Assembly (NCBI GenBank): GCA_002633005.1
Contig: NMRA01000150.1
Location: forward strand, 592,453-656,452
DNA from: Phoronis australis
Taxonomy: Eukaryota > Animalia > Phoronida
Direction: 5' to 3'
DNA: 64,000 nt
This document shows, in pieces, positions 1 to 14,400 of the stretch; position 1 is the stretch's first letter, and each line of letters opens with the position of its first letter. The position numbers and the translations under genes were made by a program. The notes under the pieces are model-generated. The model saw only the letters and a program-made list of their open reading frames with translations. It had not been told where the DNA came from and did no database searches.

Positions 1-586
1 GACTACCAAAAGGAAGTATTGTTGGAACAGACATACGGTAAAGTAATTGAATTTACTTGTGTTAATTTTTACTTCCTTTTTAACAGTTGCTGGAACTTTC
101 CTGTTGTCTGTCCCTACTCCTACTGTTTGTCTTAGCTCGTCTTTACTTTCAGCAAATTAGATTTTATGTTGCCAAAAATTCTCCATCCCTTTGCGTGTTT
201 CTGGGGCGCGACGTGAGTCGTCACTCATGGTGTTGCCAACCTAAAGTGTAGGCCTACTCCAGCGATTCAAGTGCGTGAATTCATGCGTACGCACCAATCC
301 AAAGCTGCACATCAAAAGATAACAGGGTCCTAAATGAAAGAGTGTACCGGCATGACTGTTAAGCACCAGGGTGCCATTGGTCCTGACGGTTATAAAAGAC
401 CTGATGCTTAGCAATATTCCGTGGGACTGATGAAGCCCAGACCTGATACTTTGTTGCTCGGTTGTGAACCTGGTCGATATTCCCTAGGACTGATGTTCTA
501 TCCCCGAAGGTCGCTATTGCAACTAAATGGATAGATGCAAAATTGTAGTTAGTGAATTTTTATTCTTCTCTTCAAACAACCCCCGC

Positions 587-965
587 CAATTTGTTCAAGG
601 AATTCAGTGGGATATTTCAGTCGCATCTTTGGTCTACAATTGTGCGAGGAATTCCTTGGGCTATTTCACAATCACACACTGGCCTACATTTGTTCAAGCA
701 ATTCAGTCCGCTATTTGAGAGTCACACACTGGCCTACAGTTGTTCAAGGAATTCAGTCGGCTATTTCAGAGTCACACACTGGCCTACAGTTGTTCAAGGA
801 ATTCAGTCGGCTATTTTAGAGTCACAAGCTAGCCTACATTTGTTCAAGGAATTCAATGGACTATTTAAGAATCACATACTGGCCTACTTTTGTTCAAGGA
901 CTCCAGTGGGCTATTTGACAGTCGCAAACTGGCTTACATTTGTTCAATAAAACCAGTGGACTATT
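587..965. repeat. Minisatellite, 50-bp unit, ~7-8 copies
   Basis: TTGTTCAAGGAATTCAGTCGGCTATTTCAGAGTCACACACTGGCCTACA. Confidence 0.9.
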
Positions 966-1910
966 TCATTTTGAAATATCTGACCAACGTAAGTTGTATT
1001 TAAGTCAATGAACCCGCATCACCTGATGTTGTCCTGGTTTAATAGGTTAAAACTAACTTACCAAACCTTGTATGGGTTTACAGTTTCTGTTTACTTGGTA
1101 TTAATTTCCCAAGGCTTAATTTGATAATGTAATGGTTCTATAGGAAGCACTTCCGCTGTTGTGCGCTTGTTTCAGGAAGTGCTCCTGGTCTGCACTCGAA
1201 ACAGGAAAGTATCACACTGTTGAATGTTAGTCACATACTGGTGGCTGAAGTTTGTGTGACCCCTGTTATAATATTCTTGACTGTCTGTTGACAGATAAAC
1301 TATGACTGTTGTTAAGTTGGAAAAAAGGTTGGATCTGTTGTAATGACCTGTGAATCCTGCAGTGTTATTGAAGAGACTGAGTATAACTGGAGAAAATGGA
1401 GGCTGTGAAGATTGAGAGTCTTTTGTTCGTGTTTGATCTTTCAAATATTTGCCTCAACTACCCATTAATTGGCAGATAGTGGTCTTCAACTGTTAATCCT
1501 GGATCTGGTTAATCATTTCATCTATTTTCTATTCACTGGTGTTCCTTCCCTTGGAGGATTAACAGTGTGATTTGTATGTCAGGCTAATACTCCAGAACTA
1601 TACAAGACATCACTTCATTTGATTGTGTGATAAGATCGTCTGTGGAATGACTGAAGCCAGTGAGGACTTGGTTATTGATTGAAGTGGTGTTACCATCTCC
1701 TTGACAGACTTGTGGTTTGGTCTGCTACTGGCCTACTGCCATCATGTAGCTGTGAATGTCACTACCATAGTTACCAGTGACTCCCTCTAATCTCACACGT
1801 AGTTAATAAGGATTGCTGTCTCACTAAAAGGACATACAAAGTCGACTCGAAGGATTACTGAATTACTAGGATCACATGTTTGAATAATGCCACGGATTTG
1901 GAGAAGTTGC

Positions 1911-2091
1911 ATGATGACTAACTGAGTGTGGTCACCTGTTACATGACTAACTGAGTGTGGTCACCTGCATGATGACTTACTGAGTGTGATCACCTGTTAC
2001 ATGACTAACTGAGTGTGGTCACATGTATGATGACTTACTGAGTGTGGTCACCTGCATGATGACTTACTGAGTGTGGTCACCTGTTACATGA
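1911..2091. repeat. Minisatellite, ~29-bp unit, ~6 copies
   Basis: ATGACTAACTGAGTGTGGTCACCTGTTAC. Confidence 0.9.
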
Positions 2092-2226
2092 AAGTCTCTG
2101 AGGTATCATAAGCCCTCTGATGTTTCTGTGCTACTACTAATACTTTTGATTTTAACATTTATTTATTCTGATGTGTACAACTCAAGTTCCATAGTAATTA
2201 GAATGTGTGAATTATTTAGGATCCAA

Positions 2227-2482
2227 ATGGTGACTATGTTAGCTTTACGACTTGTTTTGGGTCAGTTTGCTTTCTGTGGCTTGGTGAAAATCCATGGTAG
2301 CCCATGCCAGAACACTTCTTGCTCTGGAGGTCACAGTTCAGAGGTCAATGAACAGTCGGAGGTGATAACACAAAGCCTGAGTATATCTACTGTTACTAGT
2401 GTGGATGCTACTGCTGTGGTGCAGGTTACTACTGCTGTACCACCTATTGCAGTTAGCACACCTTCCCTGCCAGCTAACAATG
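2227..2482 (+). CDS. RPTP coding exon 1: signal-peptide-like N-terminus and Ser/Thr-rich segment
   Basis: Acceptor tttag at 2219, ATG 2227, [20 protein letters not shown]..., donor G|gtaagt in phase 1 matching exon 2. Confidence 0.7.
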
Positions 2483-5400
2483 GTAAGTAAAGAAAAGACA
2501 GCCATGTGGTAATTCATGTTAAAATTGATGTACAAGATTCATAGAAGGAATCGATTGACAACTGGAACATTCCTCCCTGTCTACCTGCAGGCCCTGTTGG
2601 AGTTTCAAACATTTTTTACCCTGATGTTTCAAGGAAATGAGGGAAGGTGCCCATAGCTGCTCATGTGTTGCAATAACATTGTCAAAACATTGATGTTATA
2701 TTACATCAAAAGTCTATTTCACTTCCTTGACGATTAATTTTCTGTTGTTATGACATACAGTGCTGGGAAACAAAACCAAACAAAACAAAACAAACCCAAA
2801 TCAAAAACCAATAAATGAAAGCGCTCCGAGGAGCAAAATTATCTGAACAGACCTCAGTGAAGATGATGAAGATTATGGTTTTGGTGGTGGTGGTGGTGGT
2901 GGTGGTGATGGTGGTGGTGGTGATGGTGATGATTACGATGACGATGACGGTGATGATGAACAAAGATGTCAGAAATGATTAAGAAATAGGCTGTAGTCTT
3001 GTTCAATAGAAGGTAAACCAACAAAAGTGCAGCAAAATCGGTCAAGAAAGGAACAGCCTTATCAGAAAATCTGCATTTAATAATGACTAGGTACAAGAAA
3101 CTAACATTTGAAAAATTTCAAAGCAATTGGTCCTTCAATGCGCTCTCTACAAAACGTTTTCGTCCCAAAATTGAGGGGCACATGCACAATGGCCGATGTT
3201 TCCGCCATCTTAAACCAGAAGTGAATGATTTCTGGCATAAGTTGTTCACATCCTCAACAATGAATTAGCGATTTTCAACCATCTACGTCAAAAACTACGG
3301 CCTCTAGGAGCATTTGAACCTGAATTTGAAAACAAAATCATGAAAAACAGTAGGGATCCAGCTCTTGCGGAAGTAGAGGATCTGTGTAAATTTCGTGAAA
3401 ATGGCAAGAAAATACGAACTGCAGAGAGAACAAACAAAAGAAATCAACTTGATGGCATACTCGCCAAGTAATAATTGGTAGGGGTTAATCAGTTTCATCT
3501 GTCAGCAAAGCAACATCTACATATATTGTTGGAGAGTGGATGGTAAACGATAGGAGGATTGGTGTATACATGGTCAAATTGGCAACATGGTCACCGCCTC
3601 ATACTAACGTCGATGTTTTGTGGAGTTGCAGTCTGTATGAACGGTTAACTTCAGTCCTGGGTTGAAGTTAAGACCACCAGTTAACTTTGTAGTAAACGGG
3701 TGGATTTAACAGTGGAGCATCAACGCTGTGTTACAGTAATTGAACGGTCAACTTCAGTCTCATCGAAGTTATCGCCAGGAGCCACTGTTATCGTCAACAA
3801 TTAAAGGGTAGTGTCGCCATTAATAGTTGCTTATATTTTGCTGGAATAATCATCGATCAAATTAGAAATCAGGGCTTGACATAACGAGCTGCAGGTCGCA
3901 TTTGCGACTTGAAATTTGGAAATACGAACTGAGATTTTTATCAGCTTGTACCAAGTCGCAAAATGTGACCTGGAATATCTGACGTATGCAAGCTGAGTTT
4001 TTACACTTCTCGACAGATGCCTGGCAAATACAAAGCAACTCTTGTGAATTCAACTGTATTGGTTGTTGCCAAATCTAGTTCAAAGGAACACTAACCCAGA
4101 ACAGCCCTCCCGATAACTTGTAAGCATGTCGCGTGAACATGGGATAATGCAGAATCAATCTTTGACGCGTTTCATTGGCTAGCATATTCAGGTATTTTTG
4201 CTAAGTTCCGGATTCTCGGAAGAAAGTTTCGGGACACGGCATAACACGTGATAAATCGTCACAAAACAGTGCTGTTTCTAATAATTCTTAAGCGATCAAC
4301 TTACTAAAGTTTGTGGTGGAAAAACGACAATATCCCTGATATCGTACTGCGGCACTGGTGTCGGTCCCGTTATTAGGGCGTAAGCCGTCCCGGTAGACAA
4401 TCGTGACTTAGAAATGTGCGTCTTGTTTTTTATCATGTAGGAGAGCAAAAGTGAAAGTGACAACCCTATTAATCGCCAGGTCTTTACTTTCAGCAAAGTA
4501 GTTTTTGAGTTGCCAAGAAATTCTCAAGCCCCTTTACTTGTTTCTTTGACCACATGCGTGAAATATGATTTTTCTTTCACACGTTGTTGCCAAAGTAAAA
4601 TGGAGGCCTACTCCAGTGATTCATGTGCTTGAACTCACGCGGGCGCATCACTCCAAAGCTGCACATCATAACAGAACAGCAACAGTCCTAAATGAAATAG
4701 TATACTCGACCTGGCATTTTGGCTCTGTTAAACATCCGGGTGCCAGTGGTTTATTTGAAAATGAACTTAATAGATTCCCGAGACCGAACCCAGAACTGAT
4801 TTCCTATTCCGATGTTGCCCGCGGTCGATGATCCCTAAACCCGATATTGTATGCCCGTAGCCAGCTATTGCAACTTAACGAGTAGTTGGGAAATTGTTTT
4901 GACCAAAGTTTTTATTCTTCATGTATCCCCCTGGCAAGTTTTCGCTCCCCGGACCACCGTCGGCGTAAAATGTTCAGACTCCAATAGAAACAATCTTGTT
5001 CCGGCTGAAGCGGGCAATTGAAATCCAAATTATCCCGGTTGGCTAAAAAGGGTACAGTGTAGGTGGTAACGATACCCAGGAAGTCACCCCTACTAGATGG
5101 AGTTTGCCTCGCAAAATCATATAATGTTTCTTACCGTTCCAGTCTTTCAATATCTTATTACGGCAAACACTCGGGTTAATGACTATGCTCACGCTTACGC
5201 CTACTCCCTACCTTTGAGGTGTTTATAATAAGTGATCACTGATCTACGTAAGCGCTTCCCCCCACTTTTTGAGAATTTCCAATTAAGCACCCACAGTTCA
5301 GGCTATCGCCCATCTTAGCGCACTACAAACGACCGTGCGTTATATGAAGTTGACACTATAATAGTGAGTCACTCTCAAAAACGTCTTTCTCAATATGTAA

Positions 5401-8400
5401 AAAACGAACTCCGGCTTTGTTTTATACCTCCGAAAGAAAGTTAACACCAGTGACATGCGTGTCGTTTAGTGACTGACCTATTTTCCCTTACATGGAAGGT
5501 ATTGAGGAGCAAACGTGAATTACCTGATGGAAACACGCACGGAGTCGGGAATTATTTCGAGGATATTCATTTTATTTAAAACTAATTGTTGGGTAGGTAA
5601 CGAGCCTAAGTTCCACATTTTTTGAGAATTTTGCACTGAATTATTCCTGCACATCTAAATACATCATTCGGTTAGGCCGCATCGTTTCAAGGATTTTTTC
5701 TGCAGATGTTTTTCAGACGTCGAGTTAGGTTACAAAATTTGGGCTGCGAACAAAAAATAGAGGGAGTTTGCACTCCCATTATTTTAGTTAGTTTGATGAC
5801 AGCTACATTGCAGGTCAGACCTAGCAAAATCACGGATATTTTTTCAACAGGCATTTTCTCCCTTTTTACATCGCAAACTTAGCTTCTCAAATGCACGTGT
5901 CAGTTAGAGAGCATTGATTCAACTTTCACGTCGGCAACTAGCCTTGGGCTCTAGAGCCTTTCAATGGCGGTCGTGAGAAACAGTAACGAGACGTACCTGC
6001 ATGAACGAACTCAGTTTTGCGATCTGAAGTTTGTGAGTATTTAACGCTGCAGGTAAAAAAGCATAATCTAATCGTTTTCTTGATGATCTACAAAATCAGT
6101 TTTGGCGCGTAAAATGGCAGGAAAATTTTGCGACCTGGCATTTATGAATGCGAGCTAGATTTTGAAAATGCGACCTGGGATTTTGGCTAGGTCGCAAAAT
6201 GCGAACTGGCGATTTTAATTGTGTCGAGCCCTGGAAATAAGTTTTGTCCGTTGGCACACATACATATTCTCAAACTGTCGTGTGCATGGTGTGCATCTGC
6301 GCTACCTTGTGATTACTTTGATGATGACAGCGTCACCTACCGTTTTCTTTGATACCGTTAACTACCGAAGCTGTTGTGAATGATTCAATTAACTTTGCAG
6401 TTTATATTGATGCACCACTGGTATGAAGGAGCCATAGTACACGTGAACTTGCAGTGAACTAACTACAAGTCAAATGTAAAACATCATTACTACTGATAAC
6501 AAAATTAATGAAGATAGTCTAAAGCAATTGAAACTCATTAATTTAGTCTGTAATCAAACCAACGTTACCCATAGGTTATGTCATGGCAGCGTAGCAGTGA
6601 AAAAGGTGGGGCTATAGCCTCCCGAGCCCCCTATGGTGCGCTGCCCATATATGTTCATATTGCCTCCCGGTGCTCTAGACTGATGAATTTCAATATTCTC
6701 TTTGCACAATACCACAGTGCACTCTCTGAATCTATAGTATTGACCCACAATGCAGGTCACTTATTGCCCAGCTGTATACTGCTGCCATGCCATTCACAAC
6801 AAAGTATCTTTAGTTTGTGAGTAGTTATTTTGATGCCAATGAAATTTCACTTCTGCACAGTGAGTTGCAATGCAGTAAAAAATGACTGAGACAGGATAAA
6901 ACATTCTTCACTAATGTGCAACTCGGCTCAGAAGTGTGTTTGCATCCTTTTATTTTGAAAACTTGGTCCATGCATTTTTCTGCCTCCGCAATTGAAGAGC
7001 AGTAGTTAGTTAAAGGACGTGGCATATTGTGTGAAAATGTGAATGCTGATTCAAAACTTTGACCTGAACTTGCAAATTAAAGTTGTCTGTTCTACCTATG
7101 TCATGAGAATTTGGTTCTCATTCAGTGGTGTGTTTAATTGACCTGATACACTCCTCTGTTCTGTTCATATAATCATCCCGTTGTTGTCAGACTGTTGATC
7201 AACCACTTGTAGCCAGACACTATTGATCAACCAGTTGTAGTCACACAGTGTTGATCAACCAGTTGTAGTCAGGCAGTGTTGATCAACCAGTTGTAGTCGG
7301 GCAGTGTTGATCAACCAGTTGTAGTCGGGCAGTGTTGATCAACCAGTTGTAGTCAGGCAGTGTTGATCAACCAGTTGTAGTCAGGCAGTGTTGATCAGCC
7401 AGTTGTAGTCAGGCAGTGTTGATCAGCTGGTTGTAGTAAGGCAGTGTTGATCAGCCAGTTGTCGTGAGACAGATTATCATGGTCATATTACCAACAGTTT
7501 ATGAAGTGGTAAGTAATTATGATTATTTCCATCGAAACTATGACTTGCCGTGATGGTAGTGGTTCTTGTTTCTCATTTCAGACAGCGACTATCAGTCAGT
7601 TGTCACTAGTGATCCTGTACAGCTTCTGTGTGATGGGGATAGTCTGCAGTCACCTGATGAAGTCATTTGGACTAAAGATGGCACTGATGTGGCAAAGTGG
7701 CCACAAGGTGAGGAAGCGATCCAAGTGGTTAGAGTAATGTCACGTGGTATTACAGTTGTACATGATGGCGAGATTGGGTTTTGCTTTAAATACCACGTTT
7801 TCTTATACTCTAAAAATTTACCTGGTTGTTCAGGGTTTGGGCCAGGCTTATTTCAGTTTGCACCTAAATTTGACTTGAGTACTCACCTGTAACTTACGTC
7901 ACCCAATTGGTTTTCAGAACTGCAAGGTACACCTTCAAATTTTGAAACTGAATTAGTTCCGAGTCGTTTAGTGTATCATCCTTGAAGTCAATACTGGGGG
8001 ACATCATTTCCTGTTTTAAGACTGTTGGTGCAAAATGCTGAAATTGGAGCATTACGAGGAACACCAAAATGTTCAGAATTAAGTAAATTCAATTTGTGCT
8101 GGAAAATTGGTGCCCACAATTTTAGAGATTGTCACAAACTGGAGAATTTTAACTGAAATTTTAGTAAGAAGCAAGATATACAGTTTTTGATTTGAGGGGA
8201 TTTTTCTTTATTTTCAGCGTTTATATTCATGTAGTTTTGGCTCACATTGTGTCACATGTTATTCAAAGCTGCGAGGTATTGTATTATGAGTTCACAATTA
8301 ATTATGTTATATTTTGGCAAACGTGGTTGATGCACTTGATGCATTTTAAATGTTTGACCGTTATATTGTGTTGATTGCTGTAGTGCTGTAAGAGATGCTG

Positions 8401-11400
8401 TTATATTGTGTTGATTGCTGTAGTGCTGTGAGAGATGCTGTTATATTGTGTTGATTGCTGTAGTGCTGTGAGAGATGCTGTTATATTGTGTTGATTGCTG
8501 TAGTGCTGTGAGAGATGCTGTTATATTGTGTTGATTGCTGTAGTGCTGTGAGAGATGATCAGTTATGGAGGTCACCCTTGACACAATGTACTCATCTTTG
8601 TCCTACTGCATGTTGACAGCTGAACTCATGTCCAATATTCGTAGCTGTGCTCAAGTGACATGTCATACATTGATTCATCACTGTTCATGGCCATCTAGTT
8701 ATGTTCAAGTGACATGTCATACATTGATTCATCACTGTTCATGGCCATCTTGTTGTGTTCAAGTGACATGTCATACATTGATTCATCACTGTTCATGGCC
8801 ATCTAATTGTGTTCAAGTGACATGTCATACATTGATTCATCACTGTTCATGGCCATCTAGTTGTGTTCAAGTGACATGTCATACATTGATTCATCACTGT
8901 TCATGGCCATCTAGTTGTGTTCAAGTGACATGTCATACATTCAACACTGTTCATGGCCCATCTTTAGTCTTCAGTTCTCTTCTAGGTGTTCCTTCCTTGT
9001 CTAATGAGCGATACACAATTCACCAAGATAGACTGGACATTAGTCAAACCCTGGTGTCAGACACTGGCCTCTATGTATGTCATACGTACTTTAATGAGAC
9101 CAGCCTGGACAATGTCACTACAGAACTGGTGGTCAAAGGTAGGATTTGACAACATAGTTCCCTCATCTGGTGATAGTAAATGAAATTTTCTAAATTCAAC
9201 TCCAAACTTTAACAAACATTTGAAGGGTAAAGGTGTTGGTAAACGCCCATTTTCACGTGACGAGAGTTTGTTTATCATTTATCAAAATCTTTGTGTCACG
9301 TTTGCTGTAAAGCTCCAAGTGTGTGCACTTTAATTGTGTCAATAATAATGATGTCAGACTTTGACAGGGTATTGCCATCTGGCCAATGTATTTTCAAAGG
9401 AAGCTAGTTGTTAACTTCCTTTCGTTGAAACTAGTTTTGGTGAAGTACAATGGAGATGCAACTTGTGTGTTTTTTCTTTGGGTTGGAACTGACTCAGTTC
9501 ATTAACTACGGTTAGTATAATCCTAACTCATCTCTGGGAAAAAAGGAAAGTTGCTGAAATTGAAATTGAAATTGGTGAAAATGTGAATACGTGGAACTAT
9601 TATTAAGCGTGGTTACATGGTATCCTGTTTTATGCAAATGCAAGTCTTATGAAAATGTTATTTCTATTATGACTGCTTGGTGAACAGGTTTGGCATTTTT
9701 GCAAATTTTAGGAGAAAGGAAATGTTAGGGACTAAATGCAAACTTAAAGTGCTATAAACCGTTTCTGATCAGCCCTAGTTTATGTTGCCTGATGTACATG
9801 GTAGTGCATAGTAATGGCTCCCGTTGTGCACCACTAGCACGTGGCTGTGGCTCTTAGATAGGGTTTATTTTCTCATACTTGAATTACACACATTTCACAC
9901 TTTGTCATTTATGTGCAGTGCGAATGATCGCTCAAGTGTTGGGATTATCACCTTTACAGACAAACCTTCAACCCCTGCTGCTCTGCAAGTACTGACTGTC
10001 CTATCCAGGTGGGCATCATTTAAGTGGGAGGCAAGTCAAGACAATAATGACCCCATCTTGTATTACAAGTTACAGATCAAGTGAGTGACATTGTACTTTC
10101 TCTGTGACTCTTGAATTTTAATGCAGCGCCATCTTTGGGTGGAACCCGGTCTTTAATTTTTGATACATGTTTCATAATCTCCTTAGAAAAGAGTCACTGC
10201 TGCCATCTTGATTTTGAAATTTGCATTTTCAGTTTGACCAAATTTGCACTGTGCGGGTCTTTAAAGGGATTTTCGTAAACCCTGTTTTGGCAATTTTAAC
10301 AAGTCTTTGTATTACCCCTGGTAATGCACTTTTGGTGTCTCACTTGAATGATACAAACATTATTCAACTAAAAATACTTGCAGTACATGCCAAAAGAAAA
10401 TAAAAAATAAATCAAATATATGCTGGAATGCCATGCAATTACTGACGGATAAGTATATAAAAATAGTAAGAATAAAACGCAGAGCGTCGGTACTAAAATT
10501 TCTTAAAATATTCCCCCCATTTTGAGCGATGCGCTCTGTCAAGGGTTTGATACAGACTGCCGATTAGATGGATATAAATCAAATCTAACAGCCACCTATC
10601 TCCATGCGGTCACCAGTGCGATTTTATTTATGTCCATCTGTTCAGCATTCTGTATCATACCCTTGACAAAGAGCGCATCGCTCGAAAAATGGGGAATATT
10701 TAACATATTTAAGTACCGACGTTTGTCGTTTTATTTTTACTACAACTATTTTATGGAATCGATAAGTGCGTCACCTTGAACGCAACTTTTTGTTCAAAGG
10801 TTGTGATAAATAAAACTGAAATCAAATGAAAATCATTTGGTGCTTTTCTCGTATTACCATACTGCACCTTTCATTCATGATAGCACCGTTAGGTTTCATT
10901 GGTCCTCCGTAAGTCGGTCATCACATTGTTGGTCAGCATATCCAGTTACAACTTGTCCAATAGGGGCACTCAGAAATGTCTCACAGAAATGAGGTAGAAA
11001 CAGACGAATATTATGAAAAATAAAGCTTGTCTCATACTTTCCGAAATGTGCTTTTAAATGTTTCGGGACTAGGTTTCATGGACCCCAAAAATATTGGAAG
11101 GTGGGTCCACTAGACCCCAGTTCTTGGAAGAGTAGAGTGAACACTGCGGCTCATTATGCTATATTCTTTTGCCTTATGTATTGGTAAACGTTTTCTAATT
11201 ATGAGGTGAAACTAAAATTCCTATATTTGTAGCCTTGCTTATAAATAATTACAGTTCATATTAAACAGTTGTACACTACAAATCATGGTGGCAACTATCA
11301 AACATCAGTTATATCTACAGGTGTTGAAAATTTTGAGAGAATAAATTAAATTAACTCAAAAATGTAATGTTTTACTGCGCGTAAATATGGTTGTTTTACG

Positions 11401-14400
11401 TGACAGAAAACTGGTGCATTATTTTCATTGCTTTATTTCAGTCTGTGAAATGTGTTATGTTGAAGAATTATGGTTTTTGAAGAAAGTTTGTTGATCAAAG
11501 TTTTCAGACTAAGCATATTGTTTACATTGCTATTGTTTTGACAGGAAAGTGATGTTGGCCTCTTGGGATAGCTCTGAAGATTTCCGGATAACTGGCTCTG
11601 CTACCAACTTTAGCTTGGAAACAACATCTGACCTTCAACCTCATAAAGAATACCAAGCTAGAGTGGCGGCGATGAACAAAGTTGGAATGAGTGGCTGGAG
11701 TAACATTGTCAGTTTTGAAACAGAGGAAGATAGTAAGTGTACAGCAGTTTACAAATATGAATAATTTTGAAACAGAGGAAGATAGTAAGTGTACAGCTGT
11801 TTACAAAACTGAATCATTTTGAAACAGAGGAAGATAGTAAGTGTACAGCTGTTTACAAATATGAATAATTTTGAAACAGAGGAAGATAGTAAGTGTACAG
11901 CAGTTTACAAATATGAATAATTTTGAAACAGAGGAAGATAGTAAGTGTACAGCTGTTTACAAATATGAATAATTTTGTGTCACGCTTCCACTTGTTTGGT
12001 TAAATGAAATTGGTGTTTTTTGAAATTTGGTTATTGTGGACAGATCTTGTAAGAAGTATTGATTTTTTCTTGTGGTTCATTTTAGTGTTTTTATGGGAAT
12101 TCATTGTGGTTCTTGTTGCCATTAGTCCAAGAAAATCATTGTTCTTGGTCATCAACTGTTGTCATTGTGTCATTGTAGTCCAAGATGGTCATCATTCTTG
12201 GTCATGAACAGTCATTGTTATGTCATTGCCATTATCAATCATCACCGCTGTCGCCACAAATGGTCTTCGTCATCGTCACTATTACGGTCATAAATCATCT
12301 TCAGTTTTATAAAATTTTGGATCATGAGTATGCTGCTTGCAGAACTGATTAACATAAATTAGTTCTGCAAATAAACTGTTCTGTAAATTTATTATAGACA
12401 TCCAAGACAATCACTGGGTCACAATTACTAACAGTAGATAATTGGCTGTGTCACTACTAGGTATTCACTGGGTCTCAACTAGATAATCACTGGGTCTCAA
12501 CTAGATATTCGCAGGGTCTCAACTAGGTATTCACTGGATCTCAACTAGATATTCACTGGGTCTCAACTAGATAATCACTGGGTCTCAACTAGATATTCAC
12601 TGGGTCACAGCTAGATATTCACTGGGTCTCAACTAGATATTCAGTGGGTCTCAACTAGATATTCGCAGGGTCTCAACTAGATATTCACTGGGTCTCAACT
12701 AGATATTCACTGGGTCACAGCTAGATATTCACTAGATTTTCACTGGGTCACTGCTAGATAATTACTGGGTCTCAAGTAGATTATTGCAGGGTCACAACTA
12801 GATGATCACTGGGTCGTAACTAGGTAATCTCTGAGTCACAGCTATATAATCGTGGGGTCATGAATTACTAGCAGTAGATATTTGCTGTGGTACAACTAGA
12901 TAATCCAGTCAATTACATTGGATAAAGAATGTAACCTACTCTTTGTTTCCATACCTTTTTCAATGTTTGATTTCCAAGTGTCTAACGCAGTTTCATTTTA
13001 TTTCCTCACTGTAAGGTTAAGAAGATTGTAGCATTGTGTAAATTCAGTAACCTTATGTTTAGTCTCATTGCTAAGAGTCATTCATTAACCTTATGTTTAG
13101 TATATTTGTTAATAGTATTCATTAACCTTGTTTTGTCTATTTGTTCACAGTATTCATTAACCTTATGTTTAGTCTATTTGGTAGCAGTCATTCAAAACGA
13201 GCAGAGTACGTGGAAGTTGTGACAGATAATGTAGAGGATGTGCATGTCAGTTGTGTTAATGTAGTCATGCTTGTCTCCAGTTCCCAGCATTCCCCTGGTG
13301 TACAGTGCGACAGGTCAGACTAGTACTACTGCCAACATCTCCTGGCAACGACCAGAGCATCCTAACGGCGTTCTCAAAGATTATACCGTTCATGTGGAAC
13401 AAATACTCACCAATGGCAGTAGAAAACTGCCGTCATCAGGACTAGGACTGAACACAGGCAGTAACCAATGGAAAAAGACATTCATGATGAGAATCGGCAA
13501 CCTCAGTAAGTGTACCCACATTGTTATTGGTCCTTCATCAAAATAGTATTAAACAGTGTGTACATCGTTTATCATAGTATAGAGAAAATGCTATTTTCAC
13601 CTCATTTCTTCGCAGAACTCCTAGGATGGTCGAAACAAAAATCTACTTAGATATTGCTAAATATCTCAGGAAATTTCATTTTTGTTCAGCTCATGCGAGT
13701 GCAACATCTCTGTTGATTCTGACCCAAATGTGAGTCACATGATGTCTAGTCTGATCTTTGATGAAAACAACTACCATGGGTTTATGGGTATCAAAACTGT
13801 TGGTCACGTGATAATTGCAGGTCACGCTTTATCGTAACATTATATTGCTGATTGTTTAAGTTTTTTAAGTTCACTAATTAACCCCATCTCTTCGTAGTAT
13901 CTTGATCTGTTCATTCACTTGACTCATCAGTCATAATGTAACTGTGGTCACTTGAGTCATCCATCGTCATGTATCTGTGCTGTCATTGTGTTTTGCAGGG
14001 AATTTTTATGTAGTCTTTAACCACTGTGGTAATACTGTAACATCATTTCTAAAATCTATTGATCTATGTACTCTAACCTAGACCATTTACATTCAGGCAC
14101 TGCATTTGGTCGGTCATTTCTCTGGTCATGTTCGAGTGTCACAACCATAGACATCACATAGACTGGGTGTGTGCCACTCAGATACATGCAGCTCCCGTTG
14201 TCAATATGACGCCATATTGGAGGGTGTTACACAGGACAAAAATGTTGGAAAACACTGTGAGCCCTATGGCATCAGTCATAAAATCGGCGGGCTCGCAGTG
14301 TTATGCTTGCAGCCAACGAGTTAAGATTTTTGGTCCTGCCTTTGAGTCATAGGTTTTTTGGTTCGGCCATGGAGTTTAGAGGTGCTGACACTAGGTTTTT

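Noticed and set aside
1-45. Possible upstream non-coding exon ending ACG|gtaaag at 37
   Set aside because: An upstream exon is implied by the acceptor at 2219, but a lone donor-like motif is not enough to place it.
2748-3096. Poly-His and poly-Thr ORFs
   Set aside because: (GGT/GAT)n microsatellite.
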